A stretch of 64,000 nucleotides of DNA, from NCBI GenBank assembly GCA_028534125.1, contig CM052816.1, positions 93,622,001 through 93,686,000 on the forward strand, in the 5' to 3' direction. The position numbers and the translations under genes are program-made. Source of the DNA: Lama glama. Its lineage: Eukaryota. Of this stretch, positions 27,641 to 42,030 are shown one piece after another. Under the pieces are notes generated by a model. That model had not been told where the DNA came from, made no database searches, and saw only the letters and a program-made list of their open reading frames with translations. The stretch's first letter is position 1, and each line of letters opens with the position of its first letter.

Positions 27641-28974
27641 TAATGATTTACTGTCACATAACAAACATAGTAACTGGTGTTAGAAGTAGACCTAATATAA
27701 TTACGTTTTGCATAAGCATATGGCAGTTTGCTTAGCATTTCCCCATACATAATCTCCCTTGGTTATCCAATAGAATAGTCTAGTGATGAAGATTTTATTT
27801 TTTATCATACTTGCAGACATTTTATGGAATTGTGTAGAAGGATTAGACAAATTGCCCATGATGAAAAAGTGATTGATGGAAAAGAAGGACCCAAACCTAG
27901 ATATTCTTGTGCCAAGATAGAAAGTTTCTTCCACAATATCAAGTTTTTTTGGATGCTTTTCTGACCATCCTATTTTAAATACATTTTTAGTGGGTCACCT
28001 TTTGACTGTAAAAGTAATAATTCAAACTTTTTTATTAAGCATTCCAAGTGTGGTAAGGTATTTTTATGATACAACAGTTAAATGTAAAATAAACTTAATA
28101 AAAATGTTACATTTTTTGTAGTCATTACTTAAGAATTCCCAATTCTTATGCCTTCCTACAAGGCTTATTTTTATGTGGAGTCTGTGTTCAAGGATGGATG
28201 CATTGTTACTATTTCATTGGTGAGTAAAAGTCATGTATCTCATTTTCTGAAGAAAGCTTATTTTGAAAACATCATTTTGTTGTCTCCAACAAAGATTTAT
28301 TTCTAGAACAATGCTTTTAACTTTATTGCTCTCTAAGAGTTTTGGAAAAACTTTGAAGCTACGAAGTGTGTTCACTCATATTAAAACTTTGAAATGTCTT
28401 GAGTTACAGCCCACTTGTTTTAGAAGATAAAAATGGCTTCTCACTCTTCAGATACTTCATTAAATTTTCCACTCATATTTTTCTTGAGTCAGACCAAGTC
28501 CATGACATATAAAGGTCTGTGGTGGTTTTGTGAGCTATTGAAGATACTGTAGACGTTTTGTCTGTTTTCCTGCACAGAGCTGGCTAATGCTAGCAGCACA
28601 TCATGCATTCTTGACAAACAATGGTGGAAAAATACATTAAGACCAAGAATGATAGTGTAATGTCACTGGTGAAGCACAGAACTCCAGCTGAAACTGTTAA
28701 GGCTGCTTTTTTCTTATGGGCTTTATTTTCTGAATGGATGTTTATAGCCAGTTGCTTTGTTTCTAACAGAATGAGAAAAATACATTTCCCCTAATTTGTG
28801 CTGTCCTTTCCTTTTTCCATCTAAATTCATCTCAACTCCCACATACTATAATTATATATTTTCTCAGTGCTCAAAAAAAAAGCGAAGTGAAATGATCATG
28901 ATGTTTAACATACTAAATAATATGCACCCTGAAATAAATAATATAAACTAGTAGTAATATTGAACATTTAGAAA

Positions 28975-29813
28975 ATATATTGACTGCTTTTTAGAGGTGT
29001 TTTAGGTTCATAGAAAATTAGAGCAGAAAATACAGAGATTTCTTGTTTGCCGCCTGCTCCCACATGCATAACCTCCCCCCCATTATCAACATCCCCACCA
29101 GAGTGGAACCTTTATGACAATAGCTGAACCTACACTGACACATCATGGTCACTCAATCTTCATAGTTTGCATTAGGGTTAATCCTTGGTTTTGTACACAC
29201 TACAGATTTAGACAAATGTATGGTGACATGAATCCACTGATGTCACATTCTACAGTAGACTTTGTCTACCCAAAAATCCTGTGCCCCACCTATTCATCCT
29301 GAAACCCAACTTCTGGCAACCATTGATTTTTTTTTCTATTGTATCCAGGTTTACCTTTTCCAGAATGCCATGTAGTTATAATCATACTGTATGTAGCCTT
29401 CTCAGATTATCTTCATTTACTTAGTAATAATTCCCTTAAGTTTCCTCCATATCTTTTCATGGATTGACAGCTCATGCCTTTTGAGAGCTGAATAATATTC
29501 CATTGCATAGATGTACCACAGTTAATTTATCCATTTACCTGCTGAAAGACAGCTGCTTCCAAGTTTTGGCAATTATGAATAAAACTGCCATAAACATCTG
29601 TGTGCAGGTTTTTGTGTGGATGTAAGTTTTCAACTCCTTTATGTAAATACCAAATTGTATGGTAAGAGCATATTTAGTTTTGTAAAAAACTGCCAAACTC
29701 TCTGACAATGTACCTGTATCATTTTGTATCCTCATCAGAAATGAATGAGAGTGCCTGTTGCTCTATGTCCTTGCTAGCATCTGATGTTGCTAGTATTTTA
29801 GATTTTGGCACAT
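28975..29813 (-). mobile_element. L1MC1/2-type 3' UTR
   Basis: ttttaggttcatagaaaattagagcagaaaatacagaga...cccattatcaacatccccaccagagtgg...gaacctacactgacacatcat. Confidence 0.92.
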
Positions 29814-31255
29814 TGAAATTTTGAAAAAAATGTAATTTATTTAAACTAATTCATGTAACCTTAATCAAGCTAAATCCTCACACAATTAAATGGTAGTGAA
29901 AACCTTGAGGAGATAATGTTAATAAAATTACTCAACTATTTGATGCATAAACACACATTAATAATTATGATCTTATATATGCCACTCAAATAAAAACTGT
30001 TTCCTGAAGATCTACCATTAATTGTCAAAACTTTTAAGATATGTCTTCTTTGGAAAAGTATATATATGTATTTATTTATTTATTTTCCTTGAGTAAATTT
30101 CTTTGACTGAAGAAATAAAAAGCAAAAGTCTACACCATATTTTTTCCTAAAAAGCCATTCATTTAAATACTAAATGGCTTTTCTAGTATACCACTGAAGG
30201 GCAATCTCTCAATTTAGTGTAAAAACATGCATGAATTTTGGGAAGTTGATCTATCATTTGTTCATTTGGGCTTATAGTGTCCTTTCATCATGAAGGCAGA
30301 CTCTAAGGCGCTGGCAGCCATCAGTCTCTATTAACTATTAAGATCTCAGGCTGAGTCACTATGAAATGGCAAAAACTGTCTGTTGATTGCATTAAAAGAG
30401 AAAAATTGGCTCATTATATAAAAGAATATATATGACGAATACAATAAAATCCATTAAAAACTGATTACTTCCAAATGTGCTATTTAGGAATAATAATTAT
30501 TGAAACGAATGCAGTTATTTCACTTGATCTATTGAATAGAAGTGTGTACTTTCTATATAAATCATCAAAACCACCTATGTTAGTGCTCTGCCTACTTACA
30601 GGATTAATTCCGGTGTAAAAGCAGTAAAGAATGGGGAGAACTGTGATTGCAGAGGAACTAAAGTATGTTATTTGGCTTTGGTTATTAGTGTTTCCAAATT
30701 TAAAACCTTATTGTTATTGAAGTGTGATTATTTGCCATCCTCTCAGTGTGAGTGTTGGCAAAGCAATATGGAGTCAATCTGAAATTCTTAGTGAGAGTTT
30801 AAGGCAGAAAAATATGGAAACACAGTATGAAGGTGAAATGTGTTTAAGTTGCAGATTACCACATACACGCTCTCCATTAAATGGCTTAGGAAAAGTAATC
30901 ATGGTTTTAAGTCTGTTCTTCCTTGTAAACATCAAAATGATAGGTTCATAGAACAAATTAATTGATATTGAAGAGTCTTCTTTAATGTACAGTATATAAG
31001 TGTTCATTTGGATGAGTCTAGAAAATATTCTGGAATGATGCATCAGCATTGATAACCAGGACTGTGTGGTCTCTGACGGGTAGTGTCTGTTTGCTCTTTT
31101 CTCATTGAGCTGTGAGAACTGACAAGTTGCCAGTTATGGCTCAATGATTGTTGACAGTTGGGTTTCTTTGGGGATAAATTATTAAAGGATGTAATAAACA
31201 ACAAGTTAGCTCTTTCAGGAATAGTGAGCATTTCTCTATATTAAAATGCAATGCA

Positions 31256-31354
31256 ATGGTGGGGGGTGGGAAGGGATAGACTGGGATTTCAAAATTGTAG
31301 ACTAGATAAACAAGATTATACTGTATAGCACAGAGAAACATAGATCTTGTGGTA
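31256..31354 (+). mobile_element. young lineage-specific (camelid-type) L1 3' end running into the gap
   Basis: gggtgggaagggatagactgggatttcaaaattgtag...tactgtatagcacag; related to the copies at 33.8 and 47.2 kb. Confidence 0.75.
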
Positions 31355-31854
31355 NNNNNNNNNNNNNNNNNNNNNNNNNNNNNNNNNNNNNNNNNNNNNN
31401 NNNNNNNNNNNNNNNNNNNNNNNNNNNNNNNNNNNNNNNNNNNNNNNNNNNNNNNNNNNNNNNNNNNNNNNNNNNNNNNNNNNNNNNNNNNNNNNNNNNN
31501 NNNNNNNNNNNNNNNNNNNNNNNNNNNNNNNNNNNNNNNNNNNNNNNNNNNNNNNNNNNNNNNNNNNNNNNNNNNNNNNNNNNNNNNNNNNNNNNNNNNN
31601 NNNNNNNNNNNNNNNNNNNNNNNNNNNNNNNNNNNNNNNNNNNNNNNNNNNNNNNNNNNNNNNNNNNNNNNNNNNNNNNNNNNNNNNNNNNNNNNNNNNN
31701 NNNNNNNNNNNNNNNNNNNNNNNNNNNNNNNNNNNNNNNNNNNNNNNNNNNNNNNNNNNNNNNNNNNNNNNNNNNNNNNNNNNNNNNNNNNNNNNNNNNN
31801 NNNNNNNNNNNNNNNNNNNNNNNNNNNNNNNNNNNNNNNNNNNNNNNNNNNNNN
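31355..31854. other. assembly gap (500 N)
   Basis: Run of exactly 500 N. Confidence 1.
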
Positions 31855-33741
31855 ATTTTTAAAGTTAGTTGATGCTACTTTTAATTAATTTGAACTCATT
31901 TCTGAGACAAAATGAGTGATTTAAAAAATTGTTAGGACTCAAAATTCTTTGAAGTAACATTTTCAACAGACAGCACTCACTATGACTTATTCAATCACTG
32001 TCCACAGTCCATAATTATTTCACATCTTATAAAGTCACCTGCTCAAATAATTCATATGACCCAATCTACCTTCAGAGAATAAACCTTTGAGTTTAGAATT
32101 ACACAGAATAATTAAATATAAATATTCAAAGATGCAATGCCACAATCATAGAGCTACATCCTACATGGCTGTTATCAGATCATTCCCCAGGAGTAGGGGG
32201 ACATTATACCAAAAGAGAGTAGATTTGAGGAGGAGGTAACAATCCATTAATACACAAAAGGGAATATGACCTATTGTTAATGCTGAAGAGACAAGAAGTA
32301 GACATCAAAATCAAATTTAGAGATTCTGAAGATAGGGGAGTCATACTTATGCTCATTGGAGAGAAAACTTTTTTACTTTTTCCAGTCTTCTTAACTGATC
32401 TGCCTGATACCAAGACAACAGACTAAACAATTGATTTCCTTAAAGGAACCGGCCCCTTTTTGCCCTACTTGGGGCTTCTTAACTGCTGTACATACAATGA
32501 TCCTAGTTTTGGGGCCATTATTGAGGCAACATAAGTTTTCAGTTATATATCTTCACATAGAAACAAACAGACAGAAAAAGCCCCCCAGTCAATTAAAAAT
32601 GTTTGACAGAGTTTTCAGTTAATACTGATATTTGGTGAACTTAATTTAAAAATTAAAATAATTTGTAATTTCCTATTTAAAAAACAAAACAAGACAAAAC
32701 AAAGTGTCTGTAGAGAAATCAGTTATTCCAGAATTAAGTCCAAAAAGTCAGCACCCAATTTCCATCTTGTGCACAGGTCAATAGCAAACATTCTGTTTTG
32801 TATGAAATTTTACTGTTGCTCTGCTTGACCTGTAGACTTACTCATTTAGGTGAAATCCTTTTCTAGAAGATCATAGCATGAAGGTAGAAACTTGCTATTT
32901 CATGTAGAGGACTAAATGGGGTTACTCTGCAAACATCAACAGTCTAGCTATCATTAGAATTTCAAGATAATTACCCATTTCAACTCCTTACCTCTTGATA
33001 GAAGCAACCATCAATCACTTGGGTAGGTCCTTCTAGGTTTACACTAGGTCATTTGACAGCGGTCTTAACTAAACTCTCTATTACATTTGGAATACTCTCA
33101 TCTAATTACCGAGGCTTTGCTACCCTCTTGCCTTTTTGGAGGTTCGATTTAGCTCTCGATCAATTGGGGAGAATCTATGTTACTGTACTCCTACATTCTC
33201 AAGTGCATGTTCTAGACTGTGAAAAAAATTTCAGTAGGAAATTGTGATCTTTGCCCAAAATCCACTCATTGAGTGACAGTCTAGACCTCAGACTTACATG
33301 CTGTTCCTCCAGAATGTACCTCTTCAGCAGGCCAATAGCTTTGAGTTCACTAAATTCTGTGTCATGCCCAATGTGCCACAATGAGCACTCAATAAACGCT
33401 TCATTAGAATGAGGATTATTACATTTTAATGCAGAATATTGAAAAATGTAACCCAAATTTAATTATTTCACTATTTTCTTTCCTTCACGTAAAGACATAG
33501 ATACCACTGAATTCATGTTGCCTATAGAAATAAAGGATTTAGAGAGAGATCAATGAAAGAAAGAAACCAAAGAAAAGAATAATACTGAGCTTTAAATAAC
33601 ACTTTACGAAAGCTAATTCAATCAACTCAGAAAATCTATGCACACAAATTGAGCTGAGTAAGATAATATCCTGCAATCATTCCTACAAAAGAGCTATAAA
33701 TGAAGTGAATGAATGAAAATTTTACATAAAAGTCAATGGTT

Positions 33742-34095
33742 TATGTGGAGTCTAAAAAAAAGAAAAAAAGGAAAAAAAGGGCACTATGAACTCATCTACA
33801 AAACAGAAACATATTCACAGATATAGTAAACAATCTTACAGTTACTGGGAAAAGTGAGTGGGAAGGGATAAATTCAGAAGTTTGAGATTTACAGATGTTA
33901 GCCACTATATATAAAAATAGATTTTTAAAAAAGTGTCTGCTGTATTGCACAGGGAACTATGTTCAATATCTTGTAATAACTTTTAATGAAAAAGAATATG
34001 AAAATGAGTATATGTATTTGTATGCATGACTGGCATATTGTACTGCACACCAGAAATTGGCACTTTGTAACTGGCGGTACTCCAACTAAAAGAAA
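33742..34095 (+). mobile_element. artiodactyl/camelid-type L1 3' end
   Basis: atgaactcatctacaaaacagaaac...gcacagggaactatgttcaatatcttgtaataac...; similar copies at 34245, 37880 and 47125. Confidence 0.9.
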
Positions 34096-34244
34096 CAGGC
34101 CAATGATGAACTGGTCAAAGCAGCAGAATATAAATATTTTAGAAAGAAACTTGATAACATTGACCTTGCACTAATTTAATAAGACTAAAAATAATGATTA
34201 TTGGTGCTTTAAATCATATGCCAGATCTCAAATGTTAAGGTGCT

Positions 34245-34415
34245 AGTTTAAAATCTGCAAATGTTAACCATTCTGTATAAAAATAGATAAACTTTTTTTC
34301 CTTCTATATAGCACAGGGAACTATATTCAATATCTTGTAATAACCTTTAATGAAAAAGAATATGAAAACGAATATATGTGTATATACGCATGGCCAGGAC
34401 AGTCTGTTGTTCACC
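34245..34415 (+). mobile_element. second truncated copy of the same L1 3' end
   Basis: gcacagggaactatattcaatatcttgtaataacctttaatgaaaaagaatatgaaaa is nearly identical to 33947-34005. Confidence 0.88.
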
Positions 34416-34419
34416 ATCA

Positions 34420-35540
34420 GTAAAATGCTGTATAGAAATGGTGAAATCTGACATATTTGCTTTTTTAAAAGATATAAAGGGGTAATAATTTAGTGTTTTA
34501 GCATTATGTATTATGTGAGCTGTTGAATTTTCACAAATATTTTATCAGCTTGAGTATATTTCTAATTATTCTAGCTTGCATAGCATTTTAAAAAATCATG
34601 AATACTGAATTATATCTTTTCATGATTCCGTTGCTATAATAAATACATTTATTGATTTTTTTAACATTAAACGAACATTCATTCCTAAGGATCAATTTCT
34701 GGCAGTGACAGAAACTCCACTGACCAGTGAATCATGGTTCTGGAACCCTAAAGGCAAAGAGCAATGAAGGAACACCTACTGAAGGAAATATATGAAAATT
34801 CAGTAACAAAAGTTATGGAGGAGGTGAATAAGACAGCTGGCAAGACCTTTCTTGGAGGCTCATACTAAAAACACATTTAATTGTATGCTTGGAGTGAGTG
34901 AATTGTATGAATTGTATGTGAATTATGAACAGTAAAGCGACTTTTTAAAAATATCCTTGCATTTCTGAGATGAAATTGTGTTTGGTCATGATATATTTGC
35001 CTCTCTATATATTGTTGAATTCAGTTTGTCAGTTTGTCAAATGAGAGATAATAGTCACACGCTATTTTTTTTCCTTTCCTGTTCTTTCTTCTTTCCTTCC
35101 TTCCACCAAGCCTCCATTTCTCCACCTCTTCTTCCCATTTTTTCATTTTCTTTCATTCCTCCTTTGCTCCCTCCCTCTTTTTTTTCTTTCTTTCTCTCTG
35201 TCTCTTTTTTGTGACATCTTTTTGCTATTATTCATATACTGGCTTCATAAAACAATTTGGACAATGGTTTATTCTATAAATTAAAAACTAAATAAGTAAC
35301 TAAATAAGTAATATTGGCATGTTTTCTTCCTTAAATGTTTGATTTACTTCTCCAGTGAAACCATCTTGGCTTAACTCCTGGTTGGAGTATTCTTGTTTAA
35401 AGTTTTTTGAATTCTTATTAGATATAGAACTACTTAGATTCTCTGTTTTATTCTTATATTAGTTTGGTAAATTATATTTTTCAACAAATTTCTCCAATTC
35501 ATCCAAATTATTGAATTTGTAGGCTAATTATGAATTATAA
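34420..35540 (-). mobile_element. old L1 ORF2 remnant (interrupted)
   Basis: Reverse-complement ORF2 landmarks: ccttgcatttctgagatgaaa, ggcttcataaaac, ccagtgaaaccatct, tttggtaaattatatttttcaacaaatttctccaattcatccaaattattg. Confidence 0.75.
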
Positions 35541-35544
35541 TATC

Positions 35545-36922
35545 TGAAAAAAAAATTTACTCAGTGGATCCAAAAGCACAATGGATAAGACAGGCAAATG
35601 AATCAGCTACTTTTTAAGTCAGAACAATCCATCAGAAGAAAATGCATTAAAAGCAAACAAACAAACAAAAACAACACTTTTGGGGACCTTTGGGAAACTA
35701 TCAAAAAAATCTAATAGAAATAGAAGAAGTGACAGAGATTTGAGTAGAAAGAATATTTAAAGAAATAATACATAAAAAGTTATCAAATTTTTCAAAAATT
35801 ATAGACGGAAAATTCAACAAATCATGAATAGGATAAGTTAAAAGATAACCAAGCTTATTCACGTAAAATCAACTGGCTGGAAAGCCAAAGGAAAGAAAAA
35901 AATTCAAATATAATAGAGAAAATGGACATATTAAGTAGAGGAAACAAGAATTAAAATGATAGTTGATTTCAAGCCAGAAATCATGGTGTGTGGAAGACAG
36001 TGGGGAAAATCGATACAGCAAAAAGGCACAGTGTTAGAGAAAAGGTAAAACAAATTTCTACCCTAAAGTCTATACTCAGCAAAAACACTTTTTCAAGGAC
36101 AGAGGAAAAATGAAAACAATATCACATGAAGAAAAAAATGAGAACATTGGATGCTAGAAGATTTTTTTACAACAAAATGCAAAATGCAAAAAAATGCAAA
36201 ATAATATCAACCAGGCCAAAAAGGAAAGTATACTACAGAGAAAATTTGATATTTGAGAGCAAAGGAAGAACATTAGAAATGGTAAATTTCTCAGTTAATA
36301 TAAATGTCTGATTTCTTGCTTAATTTTTAAAAAAACAAATATGGAGGAATCTGTAGTTTTAATCCTCCCATCAAAATATACTTTGTAATGGCAGCCCTAG
36401 AAAACTAAACATAAAATAAAGAAAATTAAAGAAAATAAGGCGATATAAAGGCTTACAGTTTTATAATCCTTCTGTATGGTGTTTTGTGCGAAGTGTTAAA
36501 ATATTCACTCTCAGTAGGCTGTGAAAATTTAGATATGTATATCATAATCTCAGAAGCAACTACTGAAAACTAATAGAAAGAATTTTGGCCAAAAAGCCAG
36601 TAGACGATTTAAAATAGTCTATTTTAAAATACTAAAATAATGACTAAAAGGCAAGGAAAGGAAAAAAGTGAAATAAAAATTAGAGAGAACATAGTAAATA
36701 ATAAAACTTGACAGATTGACAATATTTTCCATAGTTTATTAAAGGTTAATTATAAGGACTCTGTTTAAAAGGTACATATTGGCATCATGGATTCAAAAAG
36801 GGAAACCTAGCTACATAGTACCTAAATGAGATGTGATTTTAATATAAATAGAGATATAAAAGTAAATGAAAAGGAAAAGATAAAAAACATTCCAACTACA
36901 GTGGGCGTGATATTAGTAAAAT
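35545..36922 (+). mobile_element. old L1 ORF1 to start of ORF2 endonuclease remnant
   Basis: gacctttgggaaactatcaaaa; gttgatttcaagccagaaatcatgg..gaagacagtgg; ends in a GVAIL-like endonuclease segment (gtgggcgtgatattagt). Confidence 0.75.
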
Positions 36923-37879
36923 ACAGTAGTTCACCTTTTCCACCTAAATTTGATATTACTATTCCTAGTTGCCGTGATAAATTGAGTCTATTTCATATTG
37001 ATGTCATATTGTGAGAATACTCAGTGTTAATACACACCAAACAAAACACAGAACACAGTGAGGACCTCGTGATAGAATAATAAATTATGATACTTTAATC
37101 ATGTTTTCTTATAAAACCCCAATGGTGCAAAGCAATTTCTATATCAACAGAGCTAGTTATCTTTGGCAAAACCCAGCATAAAACCAACATGCACCAGAAT
37201 CAAAATGATTTTTTTCAAATGTTTCCAAAGAGACTCAGACTTGAAATAACTTGCCTTTCAGAATGATCAAGTTGTTTTAATATTAGTGTCACTGCTTTCA
37301 CCTTAAATTCCTGCCCTTAGTGGAAGAAAAGTCAGTCATTAAAGTGTCAATGAAATGCTTCCATGTGACACTAATTTCTAGAAAGCTGTCTAAGTTAAAA
37401 GCCCCAGACAAGAATCCCCCCACCAAAAACAAAAATTAAACCTGACAGCACGTTAAAGTTTGCTTTATGAAATGGCACTTGATTTACGTATGATAACTTT
37501 TGAGAACTATGACATCCCCATCACTAGAGGGTGAAAACTTTATTTCCCTTTGTATCTAAGACTGGTCACCTTTGACCAGATGGGAATTCAGACTACAGCA
37601 ATGAGATGGTAAGTCAATCAAGTGTACTCTCAGTTTGTGCTGAATTCACGCCACTCCTTGCAAATATTCTCAAAAATAAGAATGAACTTTGCGAGCTTCC
37701 GTGTGTGACACTGTCCCCAATGAGCTGGTCTCCTCTCTGTTATGACATATTGCAAGCACTGTCTACACCTACAAAAACACTCAGGAAAAAATGCCTATGA
37801 ACCTCTGGACTTTAAATGAATGATTTCTCAAATTTTACAACTTGTCTCACACTTTTTTTTTGCTTAATTTTTTAAAATA

Positions 37880-38094
37880 TATTTTTATTGAAGTATAGTC
37901 AGTTTACAATGTGTCAATTTCTGGTGTACAGCACAATACTTCAGTCATATAGGAACATACATATATTCATTTTCATATTATTTTTTACCATAGGTTACTA
38001 CAAGATATTGAATGTAGTTCCCTGTGCTATACAGTATAAACTTATCATTTATCTATTTTATGTATATTAGTTAGTATCTGCAAATCTAGAACTC
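37880..38094 (-). mobile_element. artiodactyl/camelid-type L1 3' end
   Basis: tttttattgaagtatagtcagtttacaatgtgtcaatttctggtgtacagc; T-rich tail to the left. Confidence 0.92.
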
Positions 38095-38369
38095 CTCACA
38101 TGTTTTAATTGTCAACTCTTTGGTTTTCTTGACCGGCTCCATTCTTCATTTTTTGCTCTTCATTTGGACTCTGTTAGGACAAGATCCAGACACTTTAATC
38201 CTGTTTGTGCATTAAACCACTTGAGGCAGGCTTTATATCCTGGTTTTGCACATTATGGCTGTGGTTAAATCATATTTGTTCCTCATTCCATGCCCACTGT
38301 TCTGTAAAGTCTAGTGTGGAATGATGTTTCACAGACAGAGCTAAGTTAATAATATTAATGTTTAAAATT

Positions 38370-39075
38370 CCAATTACAGCTCCAACTGTAAAAAGCCTGC
38401 AGATCCTCACTTTCATCATTACAATAAGGAAAGGCTGGGAAAATTGAAAGATCAACGGCTTATCTTGGACTCATCAGAAAATTCAGTTCAGGGGGAACTA
38501 CTACTTGTTAATCTGGAGCGACAGAACCCATGACTCAAAGGAACTCTGAAATGGTAATTTTGACCAATTGCATGAGACAGAGGGTAGAAATATATGAATG
38601 TGAGACATTTCTGGGGATTAAAAACTGCATTCCTCAGGGGGTCCCTGTATCACTATAAATTTGACCTACAGGAACATCATAAGTTTCTCACTCTGAATGA
38701 GAAGGATTCCCTTATGTATCGGACAGGAGCAGGAGCAGAGAAAAACCACTGTGAAATAGCTTCAGAGCATTCTCCATAATGAAGGTCTGCACTGCAAGGG
38801 GAAATATTTGACAGAGCTTTATTCTGCTTGTGGTAGAAAGGGCGTTCCTCTAACTCCAGCTCCATCTAGCCTTCCTGTCTCACCTAAGGGGGGGGGGAAC
38901 CAACACCACCAACAAGAAATAAAACAAAACAAAATTCAAGAGGCCTGAGAGTTCCAAGGAGCTAGATTGGGAGTGCTGATAGCAGGGAAGGAAATAACAG
39001 GCAGAAGGAACACGTGAACCACTGAAGAGATCCATGTGAAGGAAGGACGTAACCCCAAGACGCCAGTCCCCTAAA
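38370..39075 (+). mobile_element. old L1 5' UTR (L1MC/MD 5' end-like)
   Basis: acaataaggaaaggctgggaaaattgaaagatcaacggcttatcttggactcatcagaaaatt... Confidence 0.6.
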
Positions 39076-40274
39076 AGTCCAGCTCACCCCTCCACAGCCA
39101 ATCAGATGTAGATTATTGGACAGACCATGAACTGAAAACTCTTGGGTTAGCTGCTGTCACTAGCTTATCATACATTTCTGATGACACAGTCGTGTGGTGC
39201 ACAGCATAGCTACCTGAGAGATGCTCTTTTAATAGAGGAAGGGTCATGACCTACATACTCTTGAAGACAGGGACTCTGGCCTATCACTGTGTCCCAAGAA
39301 ACTCTAGTAGTAGTTAATAAATACTTACTGAGTGAAGCAATAGTAAATGGTAATCTATCAGTAAACTACATGAAAAGTCAAGAGGACCTGGTAAATCTTG
39401 ATTTACTTGATGAGACAATTAATGCCTGGGAGACAAAGTGGAATGAGATTTATACTCATCCACTTGTTCCATGGCATAAATTCATGGTGGTCACCAGAGA
39501 TGCTCTATTCAAGAGAATTTTATGCAGTGTTGCTCCTGAGTTTCTAAAATACAATTTATTGGATGATGATAGGGAGAAGAAAAACTGTAGCATGCTATAA
39601 AGACCCTAACACTATCACCACCACCACCAACTAAAACAACAACAGTAATTTTAATAACACTTAACATGGCACGTTTTTGGCCTCCCCATGGTAACCATCG
39701 AACCTAGCGTAACAGGTACAAAAGTTTTAGTGGAAGAATGTTTATATTTGCTTTCTGAATGACTGTGAATTTATTTTTTCTCTCCGTTTGAATTGAAGAT
39801 AAGTAACGTAAAACAAGTCGCTTTCATTTCTTTGACAGAATCTTGGTGACACAAATGCAATTGTGCTGTCACGTGGAGTAAGTAGTCTCTTCTTCCTGGA
39901 CTTTGTTCTACAAATGCCGACAATCTGAGCAACACAGCCGTCTACGAGTTTTCATAGTACAATATTGTAGAAACTGAAGTTTTTAATTAACAAATCTTCA
40001 ACATGTAATATTTGAGACTCAAAACATACATAAAAATTACACCATATTTATCACTATATATATCAAAAAAATAAAATTAGATGAAGTAAGAGTGGAGGAG
40101 GAGAGGTACATTTCCTAGTTTCTAAGATCCACCATTTTTCTGGCGGCATCCTTATTCCTGTGCCTCAGGGCCAGATTTCTTAATTTAGAACCCTTTCTTA
40201 GCTCTGTTTGTGGGACATACTCTCTCCTTTTTTGAAGTTCTGGTCCATTGCTTTATTCTCAAAGCAGACATCTA

Positions 40275-40589
40275 CAGTCTTCTCTGGGGATCTATGAGGC
40301 ATTCATTGGTTCCAGGACTGCTGAGAATACCGAAATCCACAGAAGTTCAAGTTTCTTATATAAAATGGTGTTGTATTTCTGTGTGACTTGCACACATCCT
40401 CCTATACATTTTAAATCACCCCTAGATTATGTATAATACCCAATACAATGTAATGCTATGTAAATAGTTGCCAGCATGTGGTAAATTCAAGACTTTTTTT
40501 TTTAACTTTCTGGAATTTTTTCCAATTTTTTAAATCTGAGATTGGTTGAATTCATGGCCGCAGAACCCGTGTATAAGGAGGGCCAGCTG
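40275..40589 (+). mobile_element. MER2 (TcMar-Tigger MITE)
   Basis: ta|cagtc...ggttccaggac..ataccgaaatccacag..caagtttcttatataaaatggtg...ttggttgaattc..gcagaacccgtgtataaggagggccagctg; decayed terminal inverted repeats. Confidence 0.9.
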
Positions 40590-42030
40590 TGTATAGCTTT
40601 TTCTGGGAACATGTTAGGACTTAGCAGGTGAAGACAGCCTCATTGTCTACTTGACAATTCCAGAAATAATAGCATTACTGGTATGAAAGAAAAATAAAGC
40701 AAAATATTCCTATTTCAGAAAACTCACCACTCAGTCCCCACTCAGACTCCACAGACGTTCCATTTTGCATTCTCCAGAGATATAATATTTTATTTTTCAG
40801 GAAATTATGTTTTCTACAATTCACTATCCAGTTTTCCAGAGCAAAAACTCAAAAGAAACAGAGGTGCTACAGATAGCTATGGTGAAGTATAAATTTATAG
40901 CAACTGTCTTCATAAATAATTAAGTTCAAGACTTATTTACTTAGTGTGCAGATAATGGTTCGGTTTGTTTAGACTATTTCAAATCATACCTTCTCATTCA
41001 TTTTAATTTCAAAATGGAAAGTCGATCCCCACCCTCTTTTCACCAGTCATACAATCCTTTCTGGTCCCTTCCTCTACACGTAGACATGATTTCCTATATA
41101 TTTTTAGTTTTTAAATTTTATTACTTAGCAGGATCACTCCATGAATCTGTTTTCTTAGTTTTTTTGAAGACTGTAATCTTTAGCAAGTCGTGTTTGTCAA
41201 ACTCTAAGCGTGCTTACTCTTTCATTCTCTAAAATCTTTCTCTTCTTCCCAATATCCTGTTACATAATTTTTTGCTTTTATTCTTTGCAACCTGTCAGTC
41301 CCCTTGCTATGGACTCTTTGCCCACAGCATACAAGATCCAGTGATGACAAGCTGCTTAGCAACTTGCATGAACTGCTTTCAAGACTTGCTCATAAACATG
41401 ACACTTTGCCTAGCTGCTGTCACTAGTTCTCTGTTAATATTTTCTCTCCTCAACTTCACATTGGATTGAAGAAGAGGAATTTGTAATCTGGGGACCAAGT
41501 CCATATTTCTGATTACAGTTAAATAATGAAAATTACCAGAAGTCTTGGTTAAACAATTCATTAGGTCCTAGTATATAATTCCTTAATGGCTAGGCTTATA
41601 GTCTACATCCCCAGACACACAAAAAAATAACTTAGAAAAATAACAAGTTCTTTTTTCAGGCTGTGCAATAATTCCACCAGGATAATTAAGTGTTTTATAG
41701 CTACATTTAAGGTACCTGATTATTAGTATTGCCCTCCCTCCACCCTACTCAAGAATTTATGTGTTTGAAAATGTAGAAGGTGGCAAGTGTATTGTATGGT
41801 TTCCTTTAACCATGACTTAAAAGTAAAATATATACCAGTTTCTCTAGAGGGTGTCTATAGACGGATTTTTTGACATAATGATTTATGTTATGATATGGTT
41901 TCTAATGTCCATAACTAAGATTGCATAAGAGTCTGGAAACAAAAACTTTGTAATGAGAAAATAAGGAAAACAAATAAACAATCCTATAAGATTATGTGGA
42001 AAGTTAAATCACTCAGGGATCTTGCTATTA

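Noticed and set aside
39289..39600. 103-aa ORF with protein-like composition
   Set aside because: GTG start lies in an L2-like 3' tail; no recognisable homology or convincing splice sites.
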